Assembly (NCBI GenBank): GCA_965206645.1
Contig: CBDBKE010000003.1
Coordinates: 192,001-256,000, forward strand
From: Terriglobia bacterium
GTDB taxonomy: Bacteria > Acidobacteriota > Terriglobia > JAJPHL01 > JAPKYU01
Reading direction: 5' to 3'
DNA length: 64,000 bases
The position numbers and the translations under genes were made by a program. The notes below the pieces were generated by a model, which was not told the DNA's origin, did not search any database, and saw nothing but the letters and a program-made list of their open reading frames with translations. Shown piece by piece: positions 41,278 through 51,262 of this stretch (position 1 is the first letter of the stretch; each line of letters begins with the position of its first letter).

Positions 41278-42099
41278 ATGAATGTGGGGTTTTTCTGGAC
41301 AGTAGGGCGCGCGTTTGTGTCCAACCTGGTGCAGCGGCGTGCACTGGTGGGCAACCTAGTCGTCCGCGATTTCAAGCAGCGCTACGTGGGTTCCTCGATC
41401 GGGTGGCTGTGGGGAGCGGTACACCCGGCGGTTCTGCTGCTCAGCTACTGGTTCGTCTTCTCGAAGGTGTTCAAGGTCCCTCTGCGCCCCGAGTTGGGCA
41501 CCGACAGCTTTGCTCTCTACCTGTTCGTGGGCATTCTGCCCTGGCTGTTGTTCCAGGACACCGTGCAGCGCTCGGCTACTGCCGTGATGGGCTACTCGAA
41601 CCTGATTACCAAGACCATGTTCCCCTCCGAGGTGCTGCCCCTCTCGCTGTTGCTTTCCGGCATGCTGAACCACCTGCTGGGTCTGCTGGTGCTCTTGGGA
41701 ATTCTGGGCCTGGTGGTCAAAAAGCTGACGGTGTTTGCGCTGCTGGTGCCGGTCTACACCCTTTTGCTGGCAGTGTTCACCATCGGCGTGAGCTGGCTGG
41801 TGGCCAGTCTGAACGTGTTTCTGCGGGATACGGCGCAGGCACTCTCGGTCGGGCTGATCTTCTGGTTCTGGTTCACGCCGATTTTCTACGCCGCCGACCG
41901 CCTGCCAGAAAACGCGCGGTTTATCGCCTGGATCAATCCGCTGGCCTACGTGGTGGACGCCTACCGGAAGTGCCTGCTGGCCGGCCAGGCGCCGGCACTG
42001 GGCGACCTGGCGATTACCGCCGTCTTTGCTGTCACCGCTTTCGTGGCCGGCGGCCTGTTCTTCCGCTACACCAAGCGCGCCTTCGGAGATGTGCTCTGA
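41278..42099 (+). CDS. wzm: Polysaccharide ABC transporter permease
   Basis: RDFKQRYVGSSIGWLW, FLRD, TPIFY, NPL, FGDVL. Confidence 0.92.
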   Translation: MNVGFFWTVGRAFVSNLVQRRALVGNLVVRDFKQRYVGSSIGWLWGAVHPAVLLLSYWFVFSKVFKVPLRPELGTDSFALYLFVGILPWLLFQDTVQRSATAVMGYSNLITKTMFPSEVLPLSLLLSGMLNHLLGLLVLLGILGLVVKKLTVFALLVPVYTLLLAVFTIGVSWLVASLNVFLRDTAQALSVGLIFWFWFTPIFYAADRLPENARFIAWINPLAYVVDAYRKCLLAGQAPALGDLAITAVFAVTAFVAGGLFFRYTKRAFGDVL

Positions 42100-43415
42100 T
42101 GGGCGCGGCCGTAGTGTTGGAGAATGTTAGCAAGAGCTACCCGGTCTATTCGGCGCCCGCCCACCGGTTGAAGGAGCTGTTGACCCTGGGGCGCCGCAGC
42201 TACCATCAGGACTTCTGGGCACTGCGGGACGTCAGTTTCGAGATCGAGCGCGGCACCACCTTCAGTATCCTGGGCGAGAACGGCGCCGGGAAGAGCACTC
42301 TGCTGCAACTGGTCGCCGGCATCCTGCGGCCCACCGCCGGCCGGATTGAAGTCAACGGGCGCGTTTCGGCGCTGCTGGAACTGGGCTCCGGGTTCAACCC
42401 CGAATTCACCGGGCGCGAGAACGTGTTCCTGAACGGCGCGATCCTGGGCCTGAGCAACAAGGAGATCGAGCGGCGCTACCCGGCGATCGTGGATTTTGCT
42501 GAAATCGGCGACTTTGTCCGCCAGCCGGTCAAGACCTATTCCAGCGGCATGGTGGTGCGGCTGGCGTTCGCTGTGGCTATCAACGTGGACCCGGAGATTC
42601 TGCTGGTGGACGAGGCCCTGGCGGTGGGCGACATCTACTTCCGGCAGCGGTGCATGCGTAAGATCCACCAGCTGCAACGCTCCGGCGTCACGGTCATCTT
42701 CGTCACCCACAGCGTGGCCGACGTCAAGAGCCTGGCCACCCGAGCGCTGTGGATCGCCGGGGGGCGCCTCGTCGAGATCGGCGATCCGGACCGCGTCGTC
42801 AGCCACTACCAGGCGGCGATGGTCAATAAGGACGCCGAATACCTGCGGCATCACGCGGTGGCAGAGGCCAAAGCCACCGAGCAGACCTCCGCGCTGCGTG
42901 CCCCTGAGGTCGTCGAGAAAATTCCCAATGTGGATTTCCGCTATGGGACCGGCAGCGCTCACGTGTTGGGCATTGCAGTCCTGAACCAGAGAGGCGAGGA
43001 ACTGGGCCTGCTGCCACCGGGCGGAACCGTTGTGGTGCGCATCAGCGTGCAGGCTGCGCGGGAGGTGCCGCTGCCCATCGTCGGCTTCATGCTGCGGAAC
43101 CACCTGGGCGTGGATTTTTCCGGCACCAACACGGCCCTCGAAGACACCGAGCTGCCCCCACTCAATCCAGGCGACACGCTGACCGTGGATTTCCACCTGA
43201 GCCTGCCGGAACTGTATCCGGGGCATTTCTCCTTCTCGCCGGCGATTGCCAACGGCGCGCTGGAAGGCTACGAGATGTGCGACTGGATTGACAATGCCGT
43301 CACGCTCCAGATGGAGAAGCGGCGGGAGATGTACGGCTACTTGCGCCCGGCCTGTCGGGTCGAAGTCCACGGCGTTCGGCTGGTGGCTGGAGTGGGAGTC
43401 CAGGGGAGAGGGTAG
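42099..43415 (+). CDS. wzt: Polysaccharide ABC transporter ATPase with C-terminal Wzt_C carbohydrate-binding domain
   Basis: FWALRDVSF, GENGAGKST, YSSGM..RLAF, DEALAVGD; ~170-aa beta-rich C-terminus. Confidence 0.93.
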   Translation: MGAAVVLENVSKSYPVYSAPAHRLKELLTLGRRSYHQDFWALRDVSFEIERGTTFSILGENGAGKSTLLQLVAGILRPTAGRIEVNGRVSALLELGSGFNPEFTGRENVFLNGAILGLSNKEIERRYPAIVDFAEIGDFVRQPVKTYSSGMVVRLAFAVAINVDPEILLVDEALAVGDIYFRQRCMRKIHQLQRSGVTVIFVTHSVADVKSLATRALWIAGGRLVEIGDPDRVVSHYQAAMVNKDAEYLRHHAVAEAKATEQTSALRAPEVVEKIPNVDFRYGTGSAHVLGIAVLNQRGEELGLLPPGGTVVVRISVQAAREVPLPIVGFMLRNHLGVDFSGTNTALEDTELPPLNPGDTLTVDFHLSLPELYPGHFSFSPAIANGALEGYEMCDWIDNAVTLQMEKRREMYGYLRPACRVEVHGVRLVAGVGVQGRG

Positions 43416-43421
43416 CAATAA

Positions 43422-44828
43422 GTGGAGTTCACTGGCGAGCGGGCAATCCCGGGGCAGGTGGATCCTGATCTGTGGAACGAGCATCTGTCGCGCTACGCCT
43501 TCGCGGCCCTTTTTGCTCAACGGCTGCTGAGCGGCCGGGGGGTGGCGCCCGACGGCAGATTGCAGTCCACGATGGTTCCCGGTGCTGTGGCTGCGGGCGC
43601 TGATCCGGCCCCCGCCGTCTTTCGGGTGCTGGACGCCGGTTGCGGCTCTGGCTACGGTGCAGCCCAGCTGGCGGGCCTGGATCCTGCGCTGCAGGTGGTC
43701 GGCATAGATCTCAGCGAGGAGGCCCTGGCGTATGCCCGCCCGCGCTATGGTGGGCCCAACCTGCATTTTGCCCACGGCGACTGTCTGGCCCTGGAGTTTG
43801 CCGACGGAGAATTCGACCTGGTGATGGCCTTCGAAGTCCTTGAGCATTTGACCGAGCCGGCGGCGTTCTTGCAGCAAGCACGCCGCGTGCTCCGTCCTTC
43901 CGGCCACCTGCTGGTTTCCACGCCGAACCGGCGTTACTATTCCGAGGAGCGCCGCTACGTCAACCCCTTCCACACCCGGGAGTACGATGCGTCGGAATTT
44001 GACTCGCTGCTGGGAGGGTTTTTCCCTGAGCGCGTGATTTTTACGCAAAATCACGCCCCCGCCATTGCTTTCTTTCCCAGCGATGGAACGCTGCCATGCT
44101 CGACAGAGGGAGACAATGGAGCAGTTGCCCGATTCGCTGCTCCGCCTGAGGCCGCCGACCAAGCCCATTTCCTGGTGGTTGTCTGCGCCCGGCAACCAGG
44201 GCCGGTCCCCGAGCCGTTTGTCTTTGTGCCCTCGGCCGGTAACGTGTTGCGCGAGCGAGAACAGGATGCCGAACGGCTGAACTTGGAACTGGAGCATGCC
44301 CGCCAGCTTTTGGAAGCCCGCCAGCAGGAACTGGAGGAACGCACCGCCTGGGCTCGAGAGTTGGACCAGGAGCGAGAACGCCTGGCAGGGATCGTGCGGG
44401 AATTGCAGGCCGACCTAGAGAACAAGGTTTCCTGGGCGCGTTCGCTGGAAGCAGACTTGGAACGGGCTCGCGAGGCGATGGGCGAGCTGCACCGAGAATT
44501 TGAGGAGCGCACCGCCTGGGCTCGAGAGTTGGACCAGGAGCGAGAACGCCTGGCAGGGATCGTGCGGGAATTGCAGGCCGACCTAGAGAACAAGGTTTCC
44601 TGGGCGCGTTCGCTGGAAGCAGACTTGGAACGGGCTCGCGAGGCGATGGGCGAGCTGCACCGAGAATTTGAGGAGCGCACCGCCTGGGCATTGAAGCTCG
44701 ACGCTGAACTAAAAGCCGCAGGCGCCGACCTGCGCCTTCTCTTCGGTTCCCGCTGGTACCGTGCAGGGAAGAAGTTCCGGCTGAGCCCCGTGCCGCCGTC
44801 GGATCAAGAGCGAGGGGGCGGCCCATGA
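43422..44828 (+). CDS. SAM methyltransferase + long coiled coil (WbdD-like chain terminator/ruler)
   Basis: FTGER..P, EHLSRY.FA, VLDAGCGSGYG, FEVLEH, STPN, NPFH.REY; heptad repeats; LFGSRWYR tail. Confidence 0.85.
   Translation: MEFTGERAIPGQVDPDLWNEHLSRYAFAALFAQRLLSGRGVAPDGRLQSTMVPGAVAAGADPAPAVFRVLDAGCGSGYGAAQLAGLDPALQVVGIDLSEEALAYARPRYGGPNLHFAHGDCLALEFADGEFDLVMAFEVLEHLTEPAAFLQQARRVLRPSGHLLVSTPNRRYYSEERRYVNPFHTREYDASEFDSLLGGFFPERVIFTQNHAPAIAFFPSDGTLPCSTEGDNGAVARFAAPPEAADQAHFLVVVCARQPGPVPEPFVFVPSAGNVLREREQDAERLNLELEHARQLLEARQQELEERTAWARELDQERERLAGIVRELQADLENKVSWARSLEADLERAREAMGELHREFEERTAWARELDQERERLAGIVRELQADLENKVSWARSLEADLERAREAMGELHREFEERTAWALKLDAELKAAGADLRLLFGSRWYRAGKKFRLSPVPPSDQERGGGP
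44340..44689 (+). repeat. Exact 168-bp in-frame tandem duplication (2 copies + 14 bp)
   Basis: Units start at 44340, 44508 and (partial) 44676; encodes 56 aa. Confidence 0.95.
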
Positions 44829-44951
44829 TGCTGCCCCACCCGATGCTCGAAGCGGCTGCGATGAGGAAACTGCCTGCCGCGTTGGCCCATTAAGCGCGGA
44901 ACTATATGCCGACGAGCTGTTCGTGGGCTGCCGCCTGAGGCGCGCGCCGCT

Positions 44952-46400
44952 GTGCTAACATCGGTGGAGTCGCCTCTGAGCAACAAAGAACAGTTCGAAC
45001 GGCTGCTCGAAAGAATGCGTCGCGACTGGAACGAGCGCGCCACGCAGGACGGAGAGCATTACGTCTACACGCGCGACTCAAACAGCGACGAGGGCGACTT
45101 CGAAGCCTCAGGCCGGGTCAACTACGACCAGCTGGTGCGCCCGTATCTTCCCGTGCTGCTCAACGGCCGTTCCCCCAGATGCTCCCGGGTCGCGGAAATC
45201 GGCTGCGGCCTGGGGCGCATAACCCGTAGTTTTGCCGAGGAGTTCCTGGAGGTGCATGGCATTGACGTTTCCCCCAGGATGATCGAGCAAGCCCGCTCCC
45301 GCTTGCGGGATTACCCCAATGTCATACTCCATGTATGCTCGGGTCAGGACCTGGGCAGCCTGCCCGACAACTACTTCGACCTGGTGTTTTCCTACCTGGT
45401 GTTCCAGCACATTCCCTCTCGCGAGGTCGTCGAAAACTACATCCGGGAGGCGGCGCGCGTCTTGAAGCCGGAGGGAGCGTTTCGGTTCCAGCTACAGGGA
45501 CATCTGTCGCCTGAGTACCGGCGGCAGGAGAAGGACACCTGGCTGGGGGAAAGTTTTTCTCTGGCCGAGGCCACCCAGATGCTGGCCGCTGCCGGGTTTT
45601 CGCCGCTAGACGCCACTGGCGCGGGCACGCAGTACTTTATGCTCAACGCTCGCAAAATTCCGGAAGCGGACAGGCCTCTTGCGCCCCACATCTTTGCGGG
45701 CCAGGGTTGGGCGCGCGGGCAGTTGCTCGAAGGATGGAACGATATGGACGCGGATGGCGGCTGGCCCATCGAGCCCTTTTCCCGGGCCATTTTGGCGGTC
45801 CCTGCAGCGCCGCAGTTGCGTGTGTTCCTGTCCCTCTATCTACCGCCGGTCGAGCCCTTCCCAACCCTGAACCTAAAGGCGAGCCTGAACGAGGTTTCAC
45901 TGGGGTCGGCGTCCCTCGGACGTGCCGGAGACCTCTATCTTGAGTGGACTGTTCCAGCCCGCGCGGTCACCGACTCTCGGGCAGTGCTTACACTGGAATT
46001 CCATCCGCCGGAGAGAAGCGTTCTCCTACGCGTTCGCGCCCTGGGGATTTATGCCCCGAGTGAAGCGGAGCAGCGGGAGGAGGACCCGGGTGCGGTCACC
46101 TTTCGACGCCTGCAAAGGCAACACCAGGAAGCGGTCTCCTGGGCCCGCGGGTTGGAAGTGCACACCCGCGAGGCGCTATCCAAGCTGCAGGGCGAGTTTG
46201 AGGAACGCACGGCATGGGCCCTGCGCATGCAAGCAGAACTGGAAGAGCGCACGGCCTGGGCGCAACGGCCGGATGCTGAACTGGAAGCGGCGCGCGCCGA
46301 TTTGAGCCTCCTGTTCGGCTCCCGGTGGTACCGCCTGGGGAAGAAGCTCCGACTGAGTCCTGTACCGCCTTCGGATCAAGGGAAAGGGGGCGGCGCTTGA
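44952..46400 (+). CDS. Second SAM methyltransferase + beta-rich domain + short coiled coil with the same C-terminal module
   Basis: EIGCGLGR, IDVS, FSYLVFQH; EERTAWA repeats; LFGSRWYRLGKKLRLSPVPPSDQ. Confidence 0.85.
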   Translation: MLTSVESPLSNKEQFERLLERMRRDWNERATQDGEHYVYTRDSNSDEGDFEASGRVNYDQLVRPYLPVLLNGRSPRCSRVAEIGCGLGRITRSFAEEFLEVHGIDVSPRMIEQARSRLRDYPNVILHVCSGQDLGSLPDNYFDLVFSYLVFQHIPSREVVENYIREAARVLKPEGAFRFQLQGHLSPEYRRQEKDTWLGESFSLAEATQMLAAAGFSPLDATGAGTQYFMLNARKIPEADRPLAPHIFAGQGWARGQLLEGWNDMDADGGWPIEPFSRAILAVPAAPQLRVFLSLYLPPVEPFPTLNLKASLNEVSLGSASLGRAGDLYLEWTVPARAVTDSRAVLTLEFHPPERSVLLRVRALGIYAPSEAEQREEDPGAVTFRRLQRQHQEAVSWARGLEVHTREALSKLQGEFEERTAWALRMQAELEERTAWAQRPDAELEAARADLSLLFGSRWYRLGKKLRLSPVPPSDQGKGGGA

Positions 46401-48820
46401 TTCTGCTTCGCCTGCTGCTGGCGCTGGTAGCGGCAGTGCTGCTGCCGCCACTACTGCTACTGAACGTTGCCAGCCTGGCTCTAGTGGATCTGGCCTGGAT
46501 TTTCGGCGGCCGGCGCCGCAGCGCCGCCTCAGAAGGAGCCTCTGAACCGAACGAGCGACCCACCTCTGTAAGCGTGGTGATACCCAGTTGGAATGGCCGG
46601 GAGTTGCTGGAAAAATTCCTGCCTTCGGTCGTCCGCGCCGCCTCCTTTCATCCCGACAATGAAGTCATCGTGGTGGATAACGGCAGTGATGACGGGACCG
46701 CGGAGTGGGTTCGCAGGCAGTTTCCCGGGACAGACTCGGACGGCAGAAAACCAAAGTTGGTCCGCCTGCTTCGGTTGGAGCGCAACCTGGGCTTCGGGGC
46801 CGGCAACAACCTCGGGGTGCGAGCGGCGCGCAACTCCATCGTGGTGGTCCTGAACAATGACATGCGGGTGGAGCCGGACTGCTTCCAGCGACTGCTGGAG
46901 GGCTTCACGGACCCGGGCGTGTTCGCCATCAGCGCGCAGATCTTTTTCCTGGATCAGGGCCGGCGACGCGAAGAAACCGGCCTGACCGAAGGACGCTTCG
47001 AGCGGGGATTCTTCCGCCTGGGCCATCTGGCTGAGGACATTTCCACCTTGTACCCCACGTTCTACGCCGGGGGCGGCTCGACCGCCTATGACCGCGCAAA
47101 GTTCCTCGAACTCGGCGGCTTTGACTCGCTGTTCCATCCCTTCTACGTGGAAGACGCCGACCTTTCCTACAACGCCTGGAAACGAGGCTGGAAGGTGCTC
47201 TACCAGCCCGCAGCGGTCGTCTATCACGAACACCGCAGCACCATCGGAAGGCATTTCTCAGCTAAGCGCATAGACGCTATCCTCAAGAAGAACCACATCT
47301 TGATGGTGTGGAAGAACGTGCACCGCTGGAGCTCGCTGGCGGAGCATTTCTGTTGCCTCTACGCGGGCCTGGTGTTCTCCACATTTGTGGGCTCCGGTCC
47401 TACCCGCCCTACGCTGGCGGGTTACGCCGGCGTGCGGCGCTACTGGGGCAAAGTGCTCGAGCGGCGCTGGCAAGCCCGGAGCCTGAGCACGATTGGTGAC
47501 GACGAAGCGCTGCTGCGCCCGCTGCCCGCCTATTACCGGGACCGTTTCGTTCCCCCGCGGCCGCTGGAGGAAGGGTGGCCGTTGCGCATTCTGTTTCTTT
47601 CCCCATACTCTCTGCATCCTCCCACCCACGGAGGCGCTGTCTTCATGCAGCAGGCGGTGCGGTCGCTGGCTCGCCGCCACGAGGTTCACCTTCTAGCCTT
47701 CGTGGATCGCCCGGAGGAGGTGGAAACGAACCGGGCGCTGGAACGCTGCCTGAGCTCGGTCCAATGCCTGGTACGCGATTTTCCGCCCCACCGTGATTCG
47801 CTCGGCCTTTTACCTTACGCCGTGCGTTGCTTCCTGAGTCCGGAATTCCGCCGTCGGGTCCACCGCCTGATCTGGAAACACCAGGTTGACCTGGTCCAGG
47901 TCGAGTACACGCAGATGGGACACTTTGCAGGCGGCTGGCGCCACACGCCCACGGCCTTGTTCGAGCACGACGTGTATTTCCAATCTGTACGGCGCGCGTT
48001 GAGACAGGCGCGGTCGGTGGCAGAGTGGCTGCGAACCTGTCTGGAGTGGCTGCGGGCCCTGCGCTACGAACTCCACCTGCTGCGCCGCGTTGACCTGGTC
48101 CAGACCTGCAGCGAGGCGGAGCGCCGCTTGCTGGAGTCCTTCCTGGGGCGGGAGGCGCCACCTGTCAATGGCACTCTACGCGCGGCGCTGGACACAGGCA
48201 ACTACGTGCCGGTCTTCACGGGACGCCAGCCGGAGACGCTGTTGTTCGTTGGCAACTTCCGCCATGCACCCAATATAGACGGCTTGCGGTTCTTGGTACA
48301 GCGGGTCATGCCGGTGTTGCGGGTGGACCGTCCGAACGCCGAATTGTTGGTCGTGGGCGCCTATCCTCCAATGGAGGTAGAAACACTGTGCCGCCAGCCG
48401 GGAGTGAACCTGCTGGGGATGGTGCCGGAAATCCGCGAGGTGATGGCCCGCTACGCGCTGTTTCTGTGCCCCATTTTTAGTGGTTCGGGGGTGCGTGTAA
48501 AAGTTCTGGAGGCGTTCGCCGCCGGCATGCCGGTGATCTCCACGCCACTGGGCGTGGAGGGACTGGATGTCGTCGACGGACAGGAATTGCTGCTGGTCAG
48601 CAATGCTCGCCAGTTCGTCTCTGCTATCATAGAACTGCTGGAACATCCCGCACATGCTGAGGCCCTGGCGCGCCGCGCCCGCCGCAGGGTCGAACAGCAG
48701 TGGGATGCCAGCGTCGTCCTGGAGAGATTGGAATGCGCCTATTGGGAGCTCTTGCGAGAACGACGATCCGTGCTTCCTGCAGGGGCTTCGTTGGTCACAA
48801 CTTCTTCGAGGTCCTCATGA
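46397..48820 (+). CDS. Two-domain glycosyltransferase GT2 + GT4
   Basis: VVIPSWNG, VVDNGS.DG, LNND, EDADL; then FVGNFRH.PN, GVRVKVLEAFAAGMPVIST. Confidence 0.9.
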   Translation: MILLRLLLALVAAVLLPPLLLLNVASLALVDLAWIFGGRRRSAASEGASEPNERPTSVSVVIPSWNGRELLEKFLPSVVRAASFHPDNEVIVVDNGSDDGTAEWVRRQFPGTDSDGRKPKLVRLLRLERNLGFGAGNNLGVRAARNSIVVVLNNDMRVEPDCFQRLLEGFTDPGVFAISAQIFFLDQGRRREETGLTEGRFERGFFRLGHLAEDISTLYPTFYAGGGSTAYDRAKFLELGGFDSLFHPFYVEDADLSYNAWKRGWKVLYQPAAVVYHEHRSTIGRHFSAKRIDAILKKNHILMVWKNVHRWSSLAEHFCCLYAGLVFSTFVGSGPTRPTLAGYAGVRRYWGKVLERRWQARSLSTIGDDEALLRPLPAYYRDRFVPPRPLEEGWPLRILFLSPYSLHPPTHGGAVFMQQAVRSLARRHEVHLLAFVDRPEEVETNRALERCLSSVQCLVRDFPPHRDSLGLLPYAVRCFLSPEFRRRVHRLIWKHQVDLVQVEYTQMGHFAGGWRHTPTALFEHDVYFQSVRRALRQARSVAEWLRTCLEWLRALRYELHLLRRVDLVQTCSEAERRLLESFLGREAPPVNGTLRAALDTGNYVPVFTGRQPETLLFVGNFRHAPNIDGLRFLVQRVMPVLRVDRPNAELLVVGAYPPMEVETLCRQPGVNLLGMVPEIREVMARYALFLCPIFSGSGVRVKVLEAFAAGMPVISTPLGVEGLDVVDGQELLLVSNARQFVSAIIELLEHPAHAEALARRARRRVEQQWDASVVLERLECAYWELLRERRSVLPAGASLVTTSSRSS

Positions 48821-49428
48821 GGAGCAGGCTTTCTTTGTTTCTGGCTGTAATTCTGGCGGTCTGCTTGGCAGCCGCGGCCGGTTGGGCGCGTAAGGCTCCG
48901 GATTTTTCCCTGCCGGCCCCCAGCGGCAAACAGATCCGGCTTTCCGACCACCGCGGCAATCTGGTGGTGCTGGAATTCCTCCAGACTGGGTGCCCCGCGT
49001 GCCAGCGCGCCGGCCGCACCTTACAGAAGCTGTTCTCCGAGAACCACAAGCGCGACCTCATGGTTATCGGGATTTCCCATGATCGGAGGGGAATGCAGGC
49101 CATTCGCAAGTACGTTCAGCAGCACGACCTGACCTACCCGGTAGTGCTGGGGGATCTGACGGTGGCGGTGAACTACCTGGGCATTACACCGCGCAGGCCG
49201 CAGTTCCACGTGCCGGTGTTCTTCTTCGTGGGTCCCGACGGACAACTTCTAGAGGAGCGCAAATCCGGACGGACTGCTGACCGCGACTGGTTCGCCAATA
49301 TGGAGCAGAACCTGGAAGCCACGGTGCGCCGCCTGCTCGCCGCGCAACAGACAGTCGCGAGACACGCGCGGCGCGTCCCGGGAGCGAAAAGCGGCTGGGC
49401 GGAAGCCGCTCGAGCCGCAGTAGAGTAA
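48817..49428 (+). CDS. TlpA-like thiol-disulfide oxidoreductase (exported)
   Basis: Signal peptide, APDFSL, LEFLQTGCPAC, VP.FFF. Confidence 0.85.
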   Translation: MRSRLSLFLAVILAVCLAAAAGWARKAPDFSLPAPSGKQIRLSDHRGNLVVLEFLQTGCPACQRAGRTLQKLFSENHKRDLMVIGISHDRRGMQAIRKYVQQHDLTYPVVLGDLTVAVNYLGITPRRPQFHVPVFFFVGPDGQLLEERKSGRTADRDWFANMEQNLEATVRRLLAAQQTVARHARRVPGAKSGWAEAARAAVE

Positions 49429-49448
49429 AGGACCCGGCCTGCGGCGGC

Positions 49449-50123
49449 ATGTACAGAGGCAAGCGCATCACGATCATCATCCCCTGCCTGGACGAGGAAG
49501 AAGGCATTGCCGAGGTGCTGCAAAAGATCCCGCCGCTGGTGGACGAGGTGATCGTGGTGGACAACGGCTCTAGTGATCGAACCGCGGAAGTTGCCCGGTC
49601 GCTGGGCGCCAAGGTGCTGCGGGAAGACATCCGCGGTTATGGGCGGGCCTACAAACACGGCTTTCAGCACACCACCGGGGACATCATCATCACCCTGGAT
49701 GGCGACCATTCCTATCCGGTGGATGCCCTCGCCTACTTACTGGAGGCCTTTCAACACCTGAACGCCGATTTTCTGAACGCTTCCCGGTTCCCCGTTCAGG
49801 ACCCCAAGGTCATGAGCTTCAAGCACAGGTTGGGCAACTTGGTGCTTTCGGCAGTTACCTCGGTGCTGTTTTTTCGCTGGGTGCGAGACTCGCAGTCCGG
49901 CATGTGGGTCTTCTCTCGCCACATCCTTCCACTGATAAAGCTGGAAAGCGACGGAATGGCGTTGAGCGAGGAGATCAAGGTCGAGGCCATCCGCAACCCG
50001 AGGATCCGATTCCGGGAAATCATCATCAACTATTCGTCCCGGGTGGGCGAGAAGAAGCTGCGGCCGTGGCGGGACGGCATGAGCAACCTGCTGTGGTTGT
50101 TCAAGAAGAGGTTCCTCCGGTGA
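49449..50123 (+). CDS. GT2, polyprenol-phosphate glycosyltransferase (DPM/DPG synthase-like)
   Basis: IIPCLDEE, VVDNGS.D, GYG.A, LDGD.SY, DSQSG, R.GEKKL. Confidence 0.88.
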   Translation: MYRGKRITIIIPCLDEEEGIAEVLQKIPPLVDEVIVVDNGSSDRTAEVARSLGAKVLREDIRGYGRAYKHGFQHTTGDIIITLDGDHSYPVDALAYLLEAFQHLNADFLNASRFPVQDPKVMSFKHRLGNLVLSAVTSVLFFRWVRDSQSGMWVFSRHILPLIKLESDGMALSEEIKVEAIRNPRIRFREIIINYSSRVGEKKLRPWRDGMSNLLWLFKKRFLR

Positions 50124-51262
50124 GCGGCGAGCGCACGGTGGCGATCATTCCCAACCGGGACGGAGCCGGCCGCCTGGAGCGCTGCCTGGCCACGCTGTTG
50201 GCACAGCGAGGCGCTGCCCTGGAAGTGGTCGTGCCGGAAGTGGTCGTGATAGACAACGCTTCTAGCGATGGCTCAGCCGAAGTGGCCGCCCGTGCCGGCG
50301 CGCGAGTTCTCCGCTTTCCGGAAAACCGAGGGTTCGCGGCCGCGGTCAATCGTGGCGTGGCCGAGAGTGACTCGGAATTTGTGGCGCTGGTCAATAACGA
50401 TGTTGAACTCGAGCCGGAATGGCTCCACCGGCTCCTGGCCGTCCTGAAACGTCACCCGGAGTGCGGCATGGTCACCGGTCGGACACTGCAACGCGATAGC
50501 GGCAGCACGCTGGACGGGACCGGCGACGCGCTCGCGCTGGGTCTGGCCGCCGCGCGATTGGGGTTCGGCTGCCCTGATGGCCCAGACTACCGGCAAGAGC
50601 GCTCGGTGCTGGCCGTTTCTGGCGCCGCCTCACTGATTCGTCGCGAGGTCTTCCGGAGCATCGGCGGGTTCGACGAAGCCTTTTTTGCTTACCTGGAGGA
50701 CGTGGACTTTTGTCTGCGGGCGCAGTTGGCCGGTTTCCGGGCGCGGTATGTCCCGGAAGCTGTTGCCTGGCACGAAGGCAGTGCTACCACGGCGGGCCAG
50801 GCAGGCCTGCCTCTCCGCGTTGCCCCGGACCTGCACCCGCAGGTGGCTACCTGGCTAACTGGACACCAGCTCTTGTTGGCCATGCGATACTGCCGCTGGG
50901 GGACGCTGCGTGTCCTGCTGCCGCGGGTCCTTTTGGTACAGGTGCTGTGGGCGGCTCGCCTGGTGCGGGTCGGACGGCTTGGCGCTTGGCTCCGCGGCTT
51001 GGCGTTGGCTGCGACCCGCTGGCGGCGTCTCCGGCGTTGGACCTTCCCTCCGGGAGCCGGACCGCAGCGGCTACTGGAACTGCTGCGCGCCTCGGAAACC
51101 CAGATCTACGCCAACCGCGCCCGCCGAGACACTTTCTGGCGCCTGTACTTCCGACTGTTCCCACCCGCCGTCCAGGCCAGCTTCTTGGCTGCCGGAGAAA
51201 GCAGCGCCGCGAGTAGCAAGGCCGAGCCAGGCGACACGAGTCGCCGCTATGCCGAGCCTTGA
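50120..51262 (+). CDS. GT2 glycosyltransferase
   Basis: IDNASSDGS, NRGFAAAVN, NNDV, FFAYLEDVD. Confidence 0.88.
   Translation: MSGERTVAIIPNRDGAGRLERCLATLLAQRGAALEVVVPEVVVIDNASSDGSAEVAARAGARVLRFPENRGFAAAVNRGVAESDSEFVALVNNDVELEPEWLHRLLAVLKRHPECGMVTGRTLQRDSGSTLDGTGDALALGLAAARLGFGCPDGPDYRQERSVLAVSGAASLIRREVFRSIGGFDEAFFAYLEDVDFCLRAQLAGFRARYVPEAVAWHEGSATTAGQAGLPLRVAPDLHPQVATWLTGHQLLLAMRYCRWGTLRVLLPRVLLVQVLWAARLVRVGRLGAWLRGLALAATRWRRLRRWTFPPGAGPQRLLELLRASETQIYANRARRDTFWRLYFRLFPPAVQASFLAAGESSAASSKAEPGDTSRRYAEP

Noticed and set aside
42066-44297. 743-aa antisense ORF, and similar long shadow ORFs (e.g. 34638-35948, 9504-10604)
   Set aside because: They lie opposite well-supported genes in high-GC DNA and show no recognisable motifs.
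44334-44689. Possible CRISPR-like array
   Set aside because: In-frame coding duplication with no spacers; no cas genes or repeat-spacer arrays seen anywhere in the window.
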